Notes: generated by a model from the letters alone, not told the origin. DNA of 64,000 nt from Monocercomonoides exilis PA203 (GCA_001643675.2 LSRY02000020.1:1429095-1493094); one strand, 5' to 3'. Numbered from the stretch's first letter, positions 42,898 through 56,148 are shown. A program made the numbers and translations.

Positions 42898-43121
42898 TAA
42901 GAAAATTGTATTTTCCACTTCAATTTTTGCTTTGAAATTTTGAGAAACATGTGTTTCAAAAAAGAAATTATTGCCCATAAACACTAATATCATATATTTT
43001 TCCAAAGATTAAAATGTGACATTGATGAACCAAGATTGTTTTTTTTTAAAAAAAAACTTTTTTTGAAAATTTTGCCATTTATGATTTTTTCGTCTTTGCA
43101 ATGAAAACTTTCTATCAATAC

Positions 43122-43162
<41 letters not shown>

Positions 43163-43849
43163 AAGTGCGAATCATAATAAAGTGCATTAAACATTTGGCT
43201 GCTCTTATTTTTCATCACTCCATTGTTTATTTAGATCCAATTCATAACAATATGGAAGCAAAATGTTAATGGGTCATAATTTTTGATATCATATGGGTGA
43301 TTATTTTAGAAAGCATATTATTTGTTTCAAAATATTCGATTCGAAAATAACCCTTGAATATCAACAAAAGAACACCAATAAATGAAAAAACTCATTGAAG
43401 AAATCGTCATTTTTATTTGAGCAAAAACATTTATTTGGGTGATTTTTTTTGATATCATAAAAAAAGATCAAAAATCGAAAAAATAAAATATATTGTGGTA
43501 TTTTTTGATCAAGAAGTTAAAAATGATTTTTTGCAAGTATTTAACTTTAATTTCTGTAATATATATTTGTTTTATTTATAAGACCAAAAAAACATACCTA
43601 TTTAACATTTTTTACGAAAAACGATTTTTGATCAAGTTTAATAAAAATTAACAAAAAATAAATAAGTTAAACCAACAAAACTCATCAAAAAGACAAAAAA
43701 ATATTCTTAACCTGTTAAACAAAGCTAATAAAAGGAAAAAATATTTAAAGAACTTAAAAAAATGCAACAAATTTGTGAATTTTTATTTTTCTGTGGAAAA
43801 AGAAATGTGCTTTTCATCAATCTAGCTGAAATCTCTTCAAAAAATTTCT

Positions 43850-46800
43850 ATATCTGCTGATCTGCTCAACAGATTCTGCAAACGAAGATTGTATTATTCA
43901 GGAAACTACAGTTAATAAAAATAATTGACTCTGTCCTTCACTTCTCTTTTTATTCTTTATTTAAAAATACAGGTTTTATTTTTTTCTCGATTCACTACAT
44001 GGTTTCCTATCATTTCAACTCGACATTTTAAAATTCTCCCTTCGTTAACTTCGTGCTTTTCCTAAGTTCCTGCTCTTGTTGCTTTGTGAAGAAATCAACA
44101 TTGAATTCGCCTGAGCCATCATTCGTTTTTTGTTTATGCCATTTCTTTCCCTTTTTCATCATCATCTTCCTCTTTCTCTTGATCATCCTTTTCTTTCGTT
44201 TTTGCTTCCTCCTCATTTCACTCTCTCTCCATCATCGCTCTCATCTCTCCCTATGGCAACGATATCTTTCACTAAACAAGCTACTCGCTTTGATGATCAA
44301 AATTGATGGCCTTCCGCTCTTCTTCCAAACCTTCTATCTTCTCTTTCTCTTCCTTCGGCTCTCAGCATCAGCAGCAATTAAACACTGGCATGCTTAGTTC
44401 TTCCCTCCCTTGTGGAGTTTGACACGTTCTGAATACTTTTCCCTTTCCCTTCTGATCCCACTGCTCTCTCCCATGCTCGCTCTCAGAGTCGTTTAGCAGC
44501 GCTTCATCGAAGCTTCCTGGATCGTTCATAATATGTATTTAATTGGCTAGTCTGTGGCGTTATCAATCAGCAAAAATTCAGATTGTGGAATAAGTTGCAG
44601 CTTGGGAAAAGAAGAAGAGGAAGGGAATGAAGGAGAAGGAGCAAATGGTTGAGGAATTGATTATTCCCTCTTTCAAATACGATTCTGAAAAAAGAAAGTT
44701 ATACTGAAGATTGAGGAGAGCGTTTGGTAGCACAGAAATAACTGCTCTGCTGTGCTCGCTGGAATATGTTGTGACGTGGCTGTTTTGCGCTGCATTCTAC
44801 TGAGGTGGAGAAGCTGTGTGCGTTCTTCAGGCAGTGGGTGGAGCATGTAATGGTGGGACCGGTATGGCAATTGAATTGGTACTGAGGCAATCGATGGAAT
44901 ATGCAGCAAAGGTGAGCACAGGAAAGAACGCAGTCGATACAAAGTGGGCGAATGACCTTGTGTGCGAGGAGAAGACGGACATGAACACCAATCTTCTTCT
45001 TCTTTTTTCATCTCTTTCGTTACACTCTCCTTTTCTTCATCCTCATCATCATCATCCTCCTCCGTATTTTCTCCTGTTCTTCTTTTTCCCAACAGGTGCA
45101 TACAGATTAAGCAAAGCACAAGCAGTCATTATTTTCGCTATGTCAGTCGTTGTTGGTGAAGCCGGTAATCCTGCAAGATTCGACCCAACACCTCAGCTCA
45201 GCAAACAACGCAGCAGCTCTTCCATCGTAACTGTTGGTTCATTGTTCGCTTCATTATCCTTCTCGTTTCTCTTCTCCTTCTTCTTCTTCATCCAGCCCTC
45301 TTCCTTCAGCAAGCGCCTCTATGATTTCCGACGCTGTTGTTCCGCACAATTGCCTGTGGCGAGAACATCAGCTCGACAAGCTCGTTAAACAGCGCCTTGT
45401 CGAGTGAATTGGCAAACAGCTTGAACGACTTGGTGGTCAGCGAGAGAAGAATAGAAGAGGCCTTGTCGATGTATTCAGTGCATGGTGAGTACAGCAAGCG
45501 GAGGATGAGCTGGAGAATGCCTTTGCGCAGGAACACAGAGTGGAACACAGCACCGTTGGTGATGAACTTGTTGGTTACACGAAGAGAAGAAGAGACAAGG
45601 GGGTACCAGTGGAAACTGGATGTGAATATATTTGTGTATTTGTGAATAATGAAACGAACGAGCGAAAAAGTGGGTGTAAAAAGGAAGAAAGAAAAAGAAT
45701 TCGAAAAGAAAGAAAGAAAATTTTGTGAAATGAAATTTCAATTTATAGTTTCTGGCAAACCTCATGAAACTGATCAATTGCTTTGCAACAGCGTCATTCA
45801 GCCAATAACCTTTATTCACTTAGCAAGACAATTGAAAAATCATAGATATTATTCCACAATCATAACTATTCATCATTTGAGAGTGAACAAAAAATTGTGA
45901 TTAAGATAAATATATGAAAAGCAAAGTCCAGATTAACAAATATAAATGAATCAATTAATCAAATATATTTTATTTTATAGAAAAATTCAAAATTTCCATA
46001 CAATTCTGGTTCGCTATGTGGGTCATTGCGTTTAGTCCCCTCAGCCTGTGGATGTCGTCGAAGCCGCAGACCATTAACTGTTCAATAGAAAACGCACAGC
46101 GCAGCGAAGGTGGAACATCCATCGACAGAAAAGCGCTGCAAACGACACTGGCACATAGATTAATCACATTCTATTGCTTCACTTTGAACGAACGCCCTAA
46201 GCTGTGCTTGATGGATGGCAGGTTGGCTGGGAAAAGAGAAAAGGAAGAAGAAGAAGAAGAAGAAGAAGGTAGTGGTGATGATGGTGATGAAATGGGAAAA
46301 GAAGAAGAAGTGAATGAAGATGATTTGTTAGTAGATGCAAACGTTGAGAAAGTGATCGCGTTTCGATAAGTTGCTGCTGAATACTTCTTGGATTTTTGAT
46401 TTCTAGCTGAAAAGCTGAGAAAAGCGTGGTTTCAATCGACACGGGCTTATTCTTCCTCTGATCCCATTCTATTTTTTCTTTTGAGCCCCTTTCTTTATGA
46501 GTCTTTATAATATCTCTGCCAAATCCATCTTCTTTCCCTTCTCCTCTTTCTCCTCCTTCTCCCCACCCACCAAAATCCCCTAGCCAGCCACATACGCTCC
46601 ATAGTTCAGAAAGATGCTCTGTGGCTCAAACACATCCCTCGTCGCTGACACGCTGCTGCTTGCAAACACACCTGCATTACCCAATCTGCTCTTCCCGAGA
46701 ATCGCACGAGGGATCGGCACAGTCACAAGCGGAGGCAGCGAGAAGGATGAAATAGAAGAAGAAAGAGAGGAAGAAGACATGTTTGATAAAGAGGCAGCGC

Positions 46801-49800
46801 TTGTGCAAGATTTGTAGAGGGAATTCTGTGTGAGAGAAGAGGGGTCTGTGGAAGGAGATGAAGGCTTGAAGAGATACAGCGGAGTTCCAACAAGACAGAA
46901 GAGGCAGACAATTGTGTGTGGCAAGCGGAAAAAAAAGGAGCAGCAAATTTCTCAGAGGCTGTGACGTTTTGAGTGAACAGTGGGAAGATGAGAGTGTGCT
47001 GCCGAACGAGTAAAATGTCTGCTGATGTTCATCCATCATCGCTTCCTTCTTCTCTTCCCCAATCCCTCCTCTTCCTTTCTGTTGCGATCTGCGCAAGTCT
47101 TGTTTCGAAAGCGTCAATTTGCGATGTGCAAAACTCGTCTTTCTTATTTGTCTTCATCTTTGCTTCGGTTCTTCACGTGATTCCCTTTCCTCTGCTCTTC
47201 GCTCAACTTGCTTTTGAATATCTCTTTTTTTGTCTCTTCCATTTGAACATGCAGTGCTTTCTCTTCGCTTCTTGGAGGTGTCATAAAGCGAGCTGATGAA
47301 CGCAATGTGCCTTGAAGCTCCTTCCCTCTTCCACCGCCATTTCTCATTCGATGCCCATTTGCTTCATTCACCCTGTTCAGCACAGCCGGAGCGCGGAAGC
47401 CGTACGAAGTGCTGAAGCAGAGCGGAATGCGCCTCTGGGGAAGAGGAAAACAGTTCAAATGCACATTCAGCGAAGCTGCAGAATGCATTGATAGCGATGA
47501 TGTTGTTGAAGATAGCCTAACCAAATGAGATAATTTTTGTATGGATTATTCAGTTATTGATTGAAAATCTTGCTCACATTCGAATGTTGCGGATCTGATC
47601 CAATGTTAAGAGAGAGGACACGTCAAAGAAGAAGAAGAATGTGATGAAGAAGTGGGAAAAGAAGAAGAAGAGGAAGAGGACAAAGAGGAAGAGAATAAAG
47701 CATTCTCAAGAGACAGTTCAGGAAATGCATCAGAAAGAAAGGATGGTTGTGCTTCTCTTTTCAAATCGCGTTGCGTTCTTGCATGCCTTCTCTCTCTGCC
47801 TGCACAGCTGTCTGAATGCATTCCATTCCTCTTGCAAAAACTGCCTTTGCTGGTGTCTGCACAACTGTCTGTCTCTTTGAAAATATATTTTGGCTGTCCT
47901 GCTCCTTTCTGATCTTTCTCCTAATCGCAGCAACGGTTGGCCAGATGACAACAGGATGCAAATGTTTTTAATTGCTCCATTAACTTTTTCTTCCACTGCT
48001 CAATGACGTGAAAACTGCTGTATCATCAGAAGAATGAGAAGAATAACAAGTCAACGAAGAAGAAGATGAAATATCCGATTAATTGTGATGTGCACAATAA
48101 AAATGTGTTGTATCAGAGGAAATGGAAGATAACATTAATAATTCCTCTTCGCTTTCACCTTCTCTCTCCTTCCTCTTTCTCTCCCCCTTCTTCATCTTAT
48201 CTCCATCTTGATTTCCATCACTTCCCTTCTCTCTGTACGCACGCCTACTCCAAAACCCCTCTTCCATCAGCGCTTCTGTCTCTTCGCTCTGTACAACCCA
48301 CTCCTCACACAGCTACCTGCTTTCCACATGATACTTCGGTGAGGCCTCTGCTTCCACTTCGTTCAAAAATTTCATTCAAACAGACAATACAATACGATTA
48401 CATTTGTACTCCGCTCCTCCTCTTCTGCAATTGCTCCATTTCCAGTGCTCTTCCGTTCTTTGATGTTACAACATCTCTTCTTCTCGTTCTTCTTTGGAAT
48501 CTTCATTTCAATCAGTCATTCTATTGCCTCATTTTCATCTCTCTTCCATCTTCTTTATCATCATCTCCACAATATGCTCTTTTCAGTAGTGGAAGCGCAA
48601 TCGACAGAATTCCCCTGAACTTCATCAGCATCTCATAGAGCGAGTTGACACACGTCACCGCCACGAAATACGCTGCCAGCGCTAACAAAACACATGGCAG
48701 CACAACATTCGGTAACTACATCACATTCACAAAAAAATAGAGCAGACAATATTATGTACTTCACAGCCTCCAGATGCTCTGCTGCCACATGCGCTCAAAA
48801 GATCGTGGTGCAATGTAATTGACCAGATGCTGCAGGGTGCAGCGCCTCTCCACACACGCGCCCCATCAGCACCACTGCAACAAACGAAGATATCATTATT
48901 CCTGCTGGCGCATTCAGTTGCATCGACAGCGGCTGGAACACATGCTTCACAACCAGACACGAGTACACACTCCGCGGCTCAGTCCCGCATGCCTGCAGCC
49001 CAACATCAGTCGGTATATCTTCCTGTGGTAGTGCCTTTAGCTGTGCTGTGTCGTCTGTCCCAATGACTATCCCTGTAGAAAACACAAACGAAGAAGTCGA
49101 AGAAGAGGCAGAAGTGTGCGCAAATGTTTCTATTCGTCGGGCTTCGATAATGACTAAAAAAAAGAAGATGCATAATTTCACAATAAAATCAAAAGAAAAT
49201 ACTAAAAAAATTATTGAAAATATATTAATTCATGCCTTTGAATTCTTCAGATCCGACGTTTTGAATTGAAACAAATTAATCATCATCGATTCAATTTTCT
49301 TTCTTCGCTTCCTCTTTCTATTCGGTTGAGTCACAATCATTAAATCCCAAGACAACCTCCCTGATCAACTTCCTTCCTTCATTCTCCCCCCCCCCCCCCT
49401 CCTCCTCCTCCTCTCTCTCTCTCTCATTCACACTTCTCACTCTTCCCAATGAGCTGCAACAAATATCTGCTTGTGAATACATTCACAAAATGAAAAGAAA
49501 GCAGCTGCTTCGAGGCAAGCTGTCACAATACAAAGTGGAAGAACATGCAATCAATGAGGGGAAAAATGTGAGAAGGAAGAGAGAAGGAAGGATGAATGAG
49601 GAGCGATGACAGAAGAGAAACATGCTGAACGTGCTCTGATTCCATGCAGCAGCCTCAAATGTAAAGAATGGAGGCATCTCATTCGCCAGGCAGTGCAGCT
49701 CGAAACTGCAATTGAAGAGATGGGCAAACAACAGAGAAGATGCAGATATCCGGAAAGAAGAAGAGGAGGAGGAATTGCAGCAGAAGATGTGCTTGATAGC

Positions 49801-50450
49801 CATATGTGTGCTACACAAACAGAAACACCAAATTGTCAATGCAAAGTTTGCTGTTTGCAACAATTACAAGTTCTTTCAGCAGTAAAATCCAGTTGCAGTT
49901 GGGCAGAATGTTGTTCGACTGCCAACAAATATTTGATAATTGGATGTCTCGTCGTTGGCTGTTCTACACTCTTTTGAAGCAAAAGCGGAATCAGAAATAG
50001 AATTTCGCAGCCTTCCACGTCTGCCTGGCACAGTCCGAGAAACAGGAAAACCTTATTAATATAATTGACATCTTGAAATTCTCCTTTTTCCAATGAATTG
50101 TTGCCTTTTTGTAATAAATATCCTTCCCTTGATATTGCAAGCCACTTTTTTTTTTGCCAAAAAACTGCTCCCACTGCCTTATATTCCAAATTCTATAAAA
50201 CTTTGTGCAGATTTTGTCCTTCACAGAATTCTATCCTTATATCGACATTCAATAAAACATCATTTGAATTTGTTTTAATCTCATGCACCAAATAAAAATC
50301 AGGAATCTTACATAACTTCATTTGTTCCCCAATGGCTATATAATAATATGTTCTATTCTCATCGCAATGCTCTCCAACGTGAAGATTTGCTATTTGACAG
50401 ACAAGAAAAGTTCCTTTTCTTTGAAAAGGAAGCAAACAGAGCAGTTTTCC
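43850..50450 (-). pseudogene. Decayed multi-exon gene-like region(s)
   Basis: Coding-like composition with poly-Ser/Glu runs and AT-rich intron-like gaps, but only short ORFs broken by stops and frameshifts; no family recognised. Boundaries approximate. Confidence 0.45.
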
Positions 50451-50496
50451 AATATAATGAAAAAATTGTAATATTACAATAAAAACTAAATTATAA

Positions 50497-50939
50497 AAAG
50501 TATTAGCAAACTGGTAAAAAGTTGGAAAAGTTAGTGGTTTTAAAAAAATGAAAGAAACAAAACTCCAGCTTTAATCAGAACCATATCTTTTTGAATTTTT
50601 GAATATTTATTAAAAAAAAACAAGTATCAGAAAAATTTTGATTTTTGTTTAATAGTTATGTATGTGATAAGAGTTAGAAAAATGTTTTTCTGAATTTTAA
50701 AAACTTGTATTCATGGAAAAACTTCTGTTTTCCGCTTCAAACAATGAAGATGACAGAAGGATCAGAATCTCGATGCCACTTTTTTTGTTCAAAATGGTTT
50801 ATTTCATCGATTTAACTTCATATATTACTAAAAACTGCTTTTTGAAATCTGCAATTTTCGCCCTTTAGCGCGTAATTTTTTGATCTTTTTGCCCTCGAAA
50901 AATTAAAATATAGGGTCGGATCCTTTTTTTCATTCAAAA
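50497..50939 (+). repeat. Left terminal inverted repeat
   Basis: AAAGTATTAGCAAACTGG...GGTCGGATCCTTTTTTTCATTCAAAA; reverse complement of 58432-58872 apart from a few homopolymer indels and about one substitution. Confidence 0.95.
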
Positions 50940-51655
50940 ATGTTGATGTGTATGAGTCATATTTTTCATTTTTCATGCATTTCTGAATGATTAGATGAGT
51001 GATCGTTACAAAAATGTGTTTATTTTATGTTATTGAGTTTTTCTGAAAATCGTAGAAAAATGAGTGAAATGAAAAAAATACGTCAAAAAATAACAATCAT
51101 CCACCAATCAAAATGACATAAAAAACAAAAAGTACTTCATGATATTAATCATTTAAAAATTGAAAACAGTTAGAAATTTTCTAATCAAATTCAATAACTT
51201 TCAAAAAAACACAATTCTGTCACATAATCATAAAACAATCACCAAATATCAACTAAATATCAACAATTTTGAACAATGAAAAATATAAGAAGAAATAGCA
51301 CTATTTCAACAAATTCATGGTATCAAAGACAATTCCAAACAAAAAGAATACTTATATAAAAAGTTCAAAAACTAACTTGTCTATTTTCCCTCTGTTTTCC
51401 ATCCACTCACCCCTTTCTGATATTTCTCTCTCTTTGACTCAAAAAGATCAAATCCAACAAAGAAAAAAGACAGACACAATGATAAAACAACATTTCACAC
51501 TCTCAACAACTCTCCCTTCCAAAAATCTCACTCAAAGATCAATGAATTCCTTCACAACTCTATCTATTAATGAATCTCGATATATACATGTATAAGCGGG
51601 ACAATAACCAAGAAATAAATAGGGACATATCAGGGACAATAACCAAAAGAAAACA

Positions 51656-51801
51656 ATCGGATTCTAACTGTTGTGCACCTGGGAGGCTGTTCGTCGTATC
51701 CAGGTCCGGATATTGCAGCCCGAAGGCTGCAATATCTAATACGAACAGTCACGTCCAGCACCCTTCCGATAAAGTGCCAGCTAAGCATGCACAACAACTA
51801 G
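51656..51801 (-). ncRNA. Putative structured RNA (multi-stem, cUUCGg hairpin, two predicted pseudoknots) just 3' of the transposase stop
   Basis: Manual folding: 14-bp closing stem, 10-bp and 12-bp hairpins, 8-bp helix; G-U pairs in the closing stem and the 10-bp hairpin work only on the minus strand. Confidence 0.6.
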
Positions 51802-51805
51802 TTTC

Positions 51806-54800
51806 TTAATAGGGGACACCAAAAGAACAATTTTGAGATTCATTAAAAGAAGAAGAGTCAAGAAGAAGCTCAAATCTCCTTGAAAGAAGATCTTGAGAAG
51901 ATTGAGAAAGAAGAGAAGAGTTAGATGATGTGATATCAGAGTGAAATGACTTTCTTGATCTTTGAACTTTTTCTTTCATCGTTGAAGATTCGAGGGCAAC
52001 CAGAGAGCGTTGAGGAAGATATCCAACAGCTGAAGCAGAGACAAATGAGCCTTTGCGCTCAAAATACAAGTAGTCCTTCATGTGAGGGACTGACAGAGAT
52101 GGCCATGAAATTTGCTGAGATGGTACATATTCTTCAAAGTACCTCTCATGCTCAAAGTTATTGACAGATGTTGAAGATGGTGAAGAGTTCGATGATGATG
52201 TTGAGAAAATGTTTGATTGTGAAGTTGAAGAAGCTGATGTCGAAGTGTTCATATTGTTTTCGAAGAAGTTGATCAAATCATGAAGTGTGGTGATGTGTTC
52301 AGTCGAAAGATTGTTGTCGATTGCATTCACTAACGCACCAAATTCACTATCACAGATATTTTTTCCATGATGCTCAGCGAAGAAGTTGAGTTGAGTGTTT
52401 TTCTTTTAAGAAGTTTTGATTGTTTTGAAAGGATGAAGTGAAGAAGGAAGCGATTACGGTTGTGTGGACCTGAATCGCAGAAGAACTTAAAAGTGTGAGT
52501 GTCTGCGAAGAAGTGTCTTTTGATCACAGATTCCAGACACTCAATAACAAATCTGTGATCATTTGAGAGACAGTCGGAGAAGAAGTCGAATGTTCGTTTT
52601 ATTTGTTGATTATTAATTTTTTGAAGAGAGATGATTGTGAATTGAGAAACTTGTTGATAATTGAAGAATTCCTGTTGAAGTTGATTTTTTCTGATAGGGA
52701 GTTTCCACTTCTCTTTGAAGTCGAAGACGAAGACTGCTTCTCCCTCTTTCAGATTATCAACAGTTGATTGATAATGTTTTCGTTGCATTTCTGCAACAAG
52801 ACGATGTTGTCGAAGAAGTTTGAGTGTATGAAATTCGGCAGAAGAAAGTCCATTTTTATTTTGTGAAGACTTCAGTTTGTTTTCGAGATAGTTGAGTTTC
52901 TCGCACATTCCACAAAGATCTGTACGTCTTTTCGCTTTGGAAAAGTTGGTAGTGAGTTTGTAGAAATGTGACAGAGAAACTTTGATGTTTGTTTCTTCTG
53001 TGAACTCACTCCATAATTTTGTCTTGGGCTTGAAGATTAATCTTTTCTCATTGGGAGAAAAGATGCCCATTTTCTTTCTTTTTTCTTTCAAAGCTTCCAA
53101 TCCATAAGAAGATGGAATTGATGATGGTAGTTGTGGAATGGAAGTTGTTGGATGAAGTGGAGTGATGAATGAGGATGAGGATGATGATGATGATGATGAT
53201 GATGAAATGTTATTTAAAGTGTTTAAATTTGATGTTTCTGAAGAAGAAGAAGAACCACCAAATTGAATAGTAGATAGTGTTGGTTTTGTTTTTTCTTTTG
53301 TGTAAAATGAAAGGGAAGGAGTGAAACCTTGTGAGTGAAGATTATTCCATGAAGAACTCCATTTGTCACTATCGAATTCAGAAACACTTTCATCATTGCA
53401 AATACTCCAAAAACTATTGATTCCACTTTTTCTTTTCACAATTGCGATGTAATGTCCGTTTTGTTGATCCAGACGTTTGAATAGTATTTGTCCAGAAAAT
53501 GATATATGATGGTTTCTTGATTATCTTTTTGAAGATGTTGAATATCTTTAGAAGAAAACCCTTTGCAAAACGTGCGTTGATTGACTCTGTCTGTTTCCAT
53601 TAGTAATGTTCTCGAAGGTGCTGAACTAGCAGAATCAGTACATTCATGACAGAGGGCTAGCACCTCTGGAAATGCAGCCATTTCCTCCCATCTCGCAGCA
53701 CAGCATTTTTCCTTGCATGCATCACAATAGACACTATTCTTTCCTTCCAAAACTTCAGTTGCAAAGAGAGAAGATAATCCATGTTGCGTTGATGAAGAAT
53801 TGATAACAATATTGCTACAAAATTCATTGAAATGTGATGTGATTTGTTGGCATTTTTGGCATTTGAAATGAGTGATTAAAACAGGATTGAAGGTGTCCTT
53901 ATTTATCAACTCATCTTTTTGAAGAAGTTGGTGAAGATTGTCAAATGCCCTCAGCCGCGTTTTTGCTGCTGTCTGCTTCCATAGTTGCAGAAATTTTCCC
54001 ATTTGTCAATAAGAGATGGGACCCATGAACGCACTGCCGTTCCATCTTTAGCCAATTGATGACAAACACTTACAACACGCGAAGATGTGTTCTTCAAAAA
54101 TGTTTGTTTTTGAATAAAGATGGTTTTTGAATAGTTATTGAAGAGAAACATTGAAGAAGAGAAGCCAAATAGCATGTGTTGCCTAAGTTAGGCAATCCTT
54201 TTGCTATTTGTGATGATTTATTTGAAGAATTTAATGAATTTGAGAAAGATTGAGAATGAGAATGATTTTTATTGAATTTTCTTTTGCATTCTTTTTTGAA
54301 ATATTTTTGAAGAATTATTTTGAATAGATATTTCATTATTTGAAGATTGAATGCTTTGTTGTTGAAGTATTGAAGTGTCATTCTCTTTTGAAAATGAAGA
54401 AAAGAGATTTTGAAATGCTTGAGGTGGAATTAATGTGGGTGAAGTGGCATAATCTACTAATTGCTCACTTACAAACACATTATCATTTTGAAATGATGAA
54501 GTATTTATTTTTCTTTCAATTTTTTGTAATTGAAATTTGTGAAGAAGAAGTTTTTGATTTGAATATTTTGTGAATTGGTATTGGAGATGGAGAAGAATGA
54601 CGCTTGTGATATGAATTTTTATTTTGGTTTTTGTTGACCCCTTTCTCTCCTTATTGGAGTGTTGATTGGAGCATCAACAGCTTGAGAAGAAGAAGAATTT
54701 GAAGAAGGAGAATTTTTTTCTGAAATGGTTTTTGAATTTTTATTGAGTTGAGATGATGTTGAAGAAGAAGAAGATTGTTTTTTATTTGTAGAAGAATTTT

Positions 54801-55504
54801 CTGTAATAATTTCTTCATCCCAAGCTGCTTCGTCAATAAATCTGGCGTAATCTGGCTCAGCTCGCTGCTTTTTCTTTGCTGACTGAAGCGAAGTTGAGGC
54901 TTCAGTTGAATGAGCCAACATCCAGTTATTGCCCTTTTCCCATTCCTGTTCATTTAAGCCTATAATAAACAGAGAAAATTATTCAAAAAAATTAAAATAA
55001 ATACAAACCACTTTTGCAAGACGGAAGGTGAGGTTTTGTGGCGGAATGATAAAACCTTGATTCTTCTTCAGCGTTTGCTTCGCGTAAATAAATTTTCCCT
55101 CTGTGACATCATATCCATAGTCCTGTAAATCGGATAATGATGTGTTGCGGGAAAGCGCTTGTAGCATTGTTGTCTGAGTGTGCAACGGAGCGTTGTTGTA
55201 CACCACAGACAGGTCTTCCAGCAACTTTATGTGATATTCTGTTTCAAAAAAATAAATAATTAACAAATCAAAAGAAAAAAATAACAGAGAGTAATAATAT
55301 TATTTATAACACACAATACAAAAAAATAAAAACCAAACCATTCAAAGACTTCAGTAAATCATCAATTACTGAAGATGATTGCCTGTAGGTGTAAAACAAA
55401 TAGGCAAGCAACGAATCCACGTCATTTCCGCCGATTCTCTTTATTTCTTGCCATAGAACATTGCAACGAGAATTTAATGTCGATTCGCGTTTTGAAATGG
55501 ACAT
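51806..55504 (-). CDS. Sola-like DDD transposase with an internal USP (peptidase C19) domain; 2 introns; several 1-nt frameshifts as assembled
   Basis: Intron 55239-55338 joins exons 1 and 2 in frame. USP: GLPNLGNTCYLASLLQC (Cys 54172-74), CQKC, CDAC, FPEVLAL, NGHYIAIVK (His 53452-54), WSICND. Transposase: TDLCGMC, HRLVA, VFDFKE (~52715), SDCLSND, FCDSGPHNRN (~52470) and, in the shifted frame, NFFAEHHGKNICDSEFG (~52340-52390). Confidence 0.8.
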
Positions 55505-55810
55505 TTTTCTCTAATAAATATTTTCTTATGGAAAATCACAATTATTCTAAAATAATTTTTTTTTATTTAAAAAAATATGTATTGTTATTTTTTCATTATT
55601 TGACTATTTCCAAAATTGTTAAAAAATTTTTTTAACGTGATTTGAATTATAGAAAAAAATTTTAAAAATTTCTTATCAGAAAAAAATTGGAAAAATTAAA
55701 GAATTCTTAAATTGAAGGTTTATTGAAAAATTCATCACATAAATGAACTTGTCTTATGAAAAATATCATTCTCATATATAAAGTTCTTAAAAATATATAT
55801 AATATTGTTC

Positions 55811-55915
55811 TTCAATGAAAAAGAATCAGATCCATAATTCAAAATTCGAAGGAGTCAAAAAGATCAAAAAAAGTGCTAAAGGGGAAAGTGCAAGGAGCAG
55901 AAAACAGTTTTTTCC
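55811..55915 (-). repeat. Degenerate internal copy of the inner part of the TIR (same orientation as right TIR)
   Basis: AATGAAAAAGAATCAGATCC...TTCGAAGGAGTCAAAAAGATCAAAAAAAGTGCTAAAGGGGAAAGTGCA versus right TIR AATGAAAAAAGGATCCGACC...TTCGAGGGCAAAAAGATCAAAAAATTACGCGCTAAAGGGCGAAAATGCA. Confidence 0.75.
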
Positions 55916-56148
55916 AATAAATAAAGTACATATGTCGTTATTTATCATTTCCGGCATAAATCAGACACATGATAATATTGTCATTTTGTGATCGTCATTG
56001 TTTTTAATTTTCAAACAGAAAAATTGAATTTATTTTTTTCTCGATGAATGAAAGGATTTTGGATTTTTTCCAAAGCCAGAGAGTTTATAATTTTTTTATT
56101 ATAAATGTGAATTAAATATTTCAAATTGAAATTTTTAGTGAAAATCTG

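Noticed and set aside
51656-51801. Assignment of the structured RNA to HDV-like, hammerhead, twister, U1 or SECIS families
   Set aside because: No room for the HDV P3/L3, no CUGAUGA/GAAA core, no ACUUACCUG 5' end and no SECIS AUGA/GA quartet found by eye.
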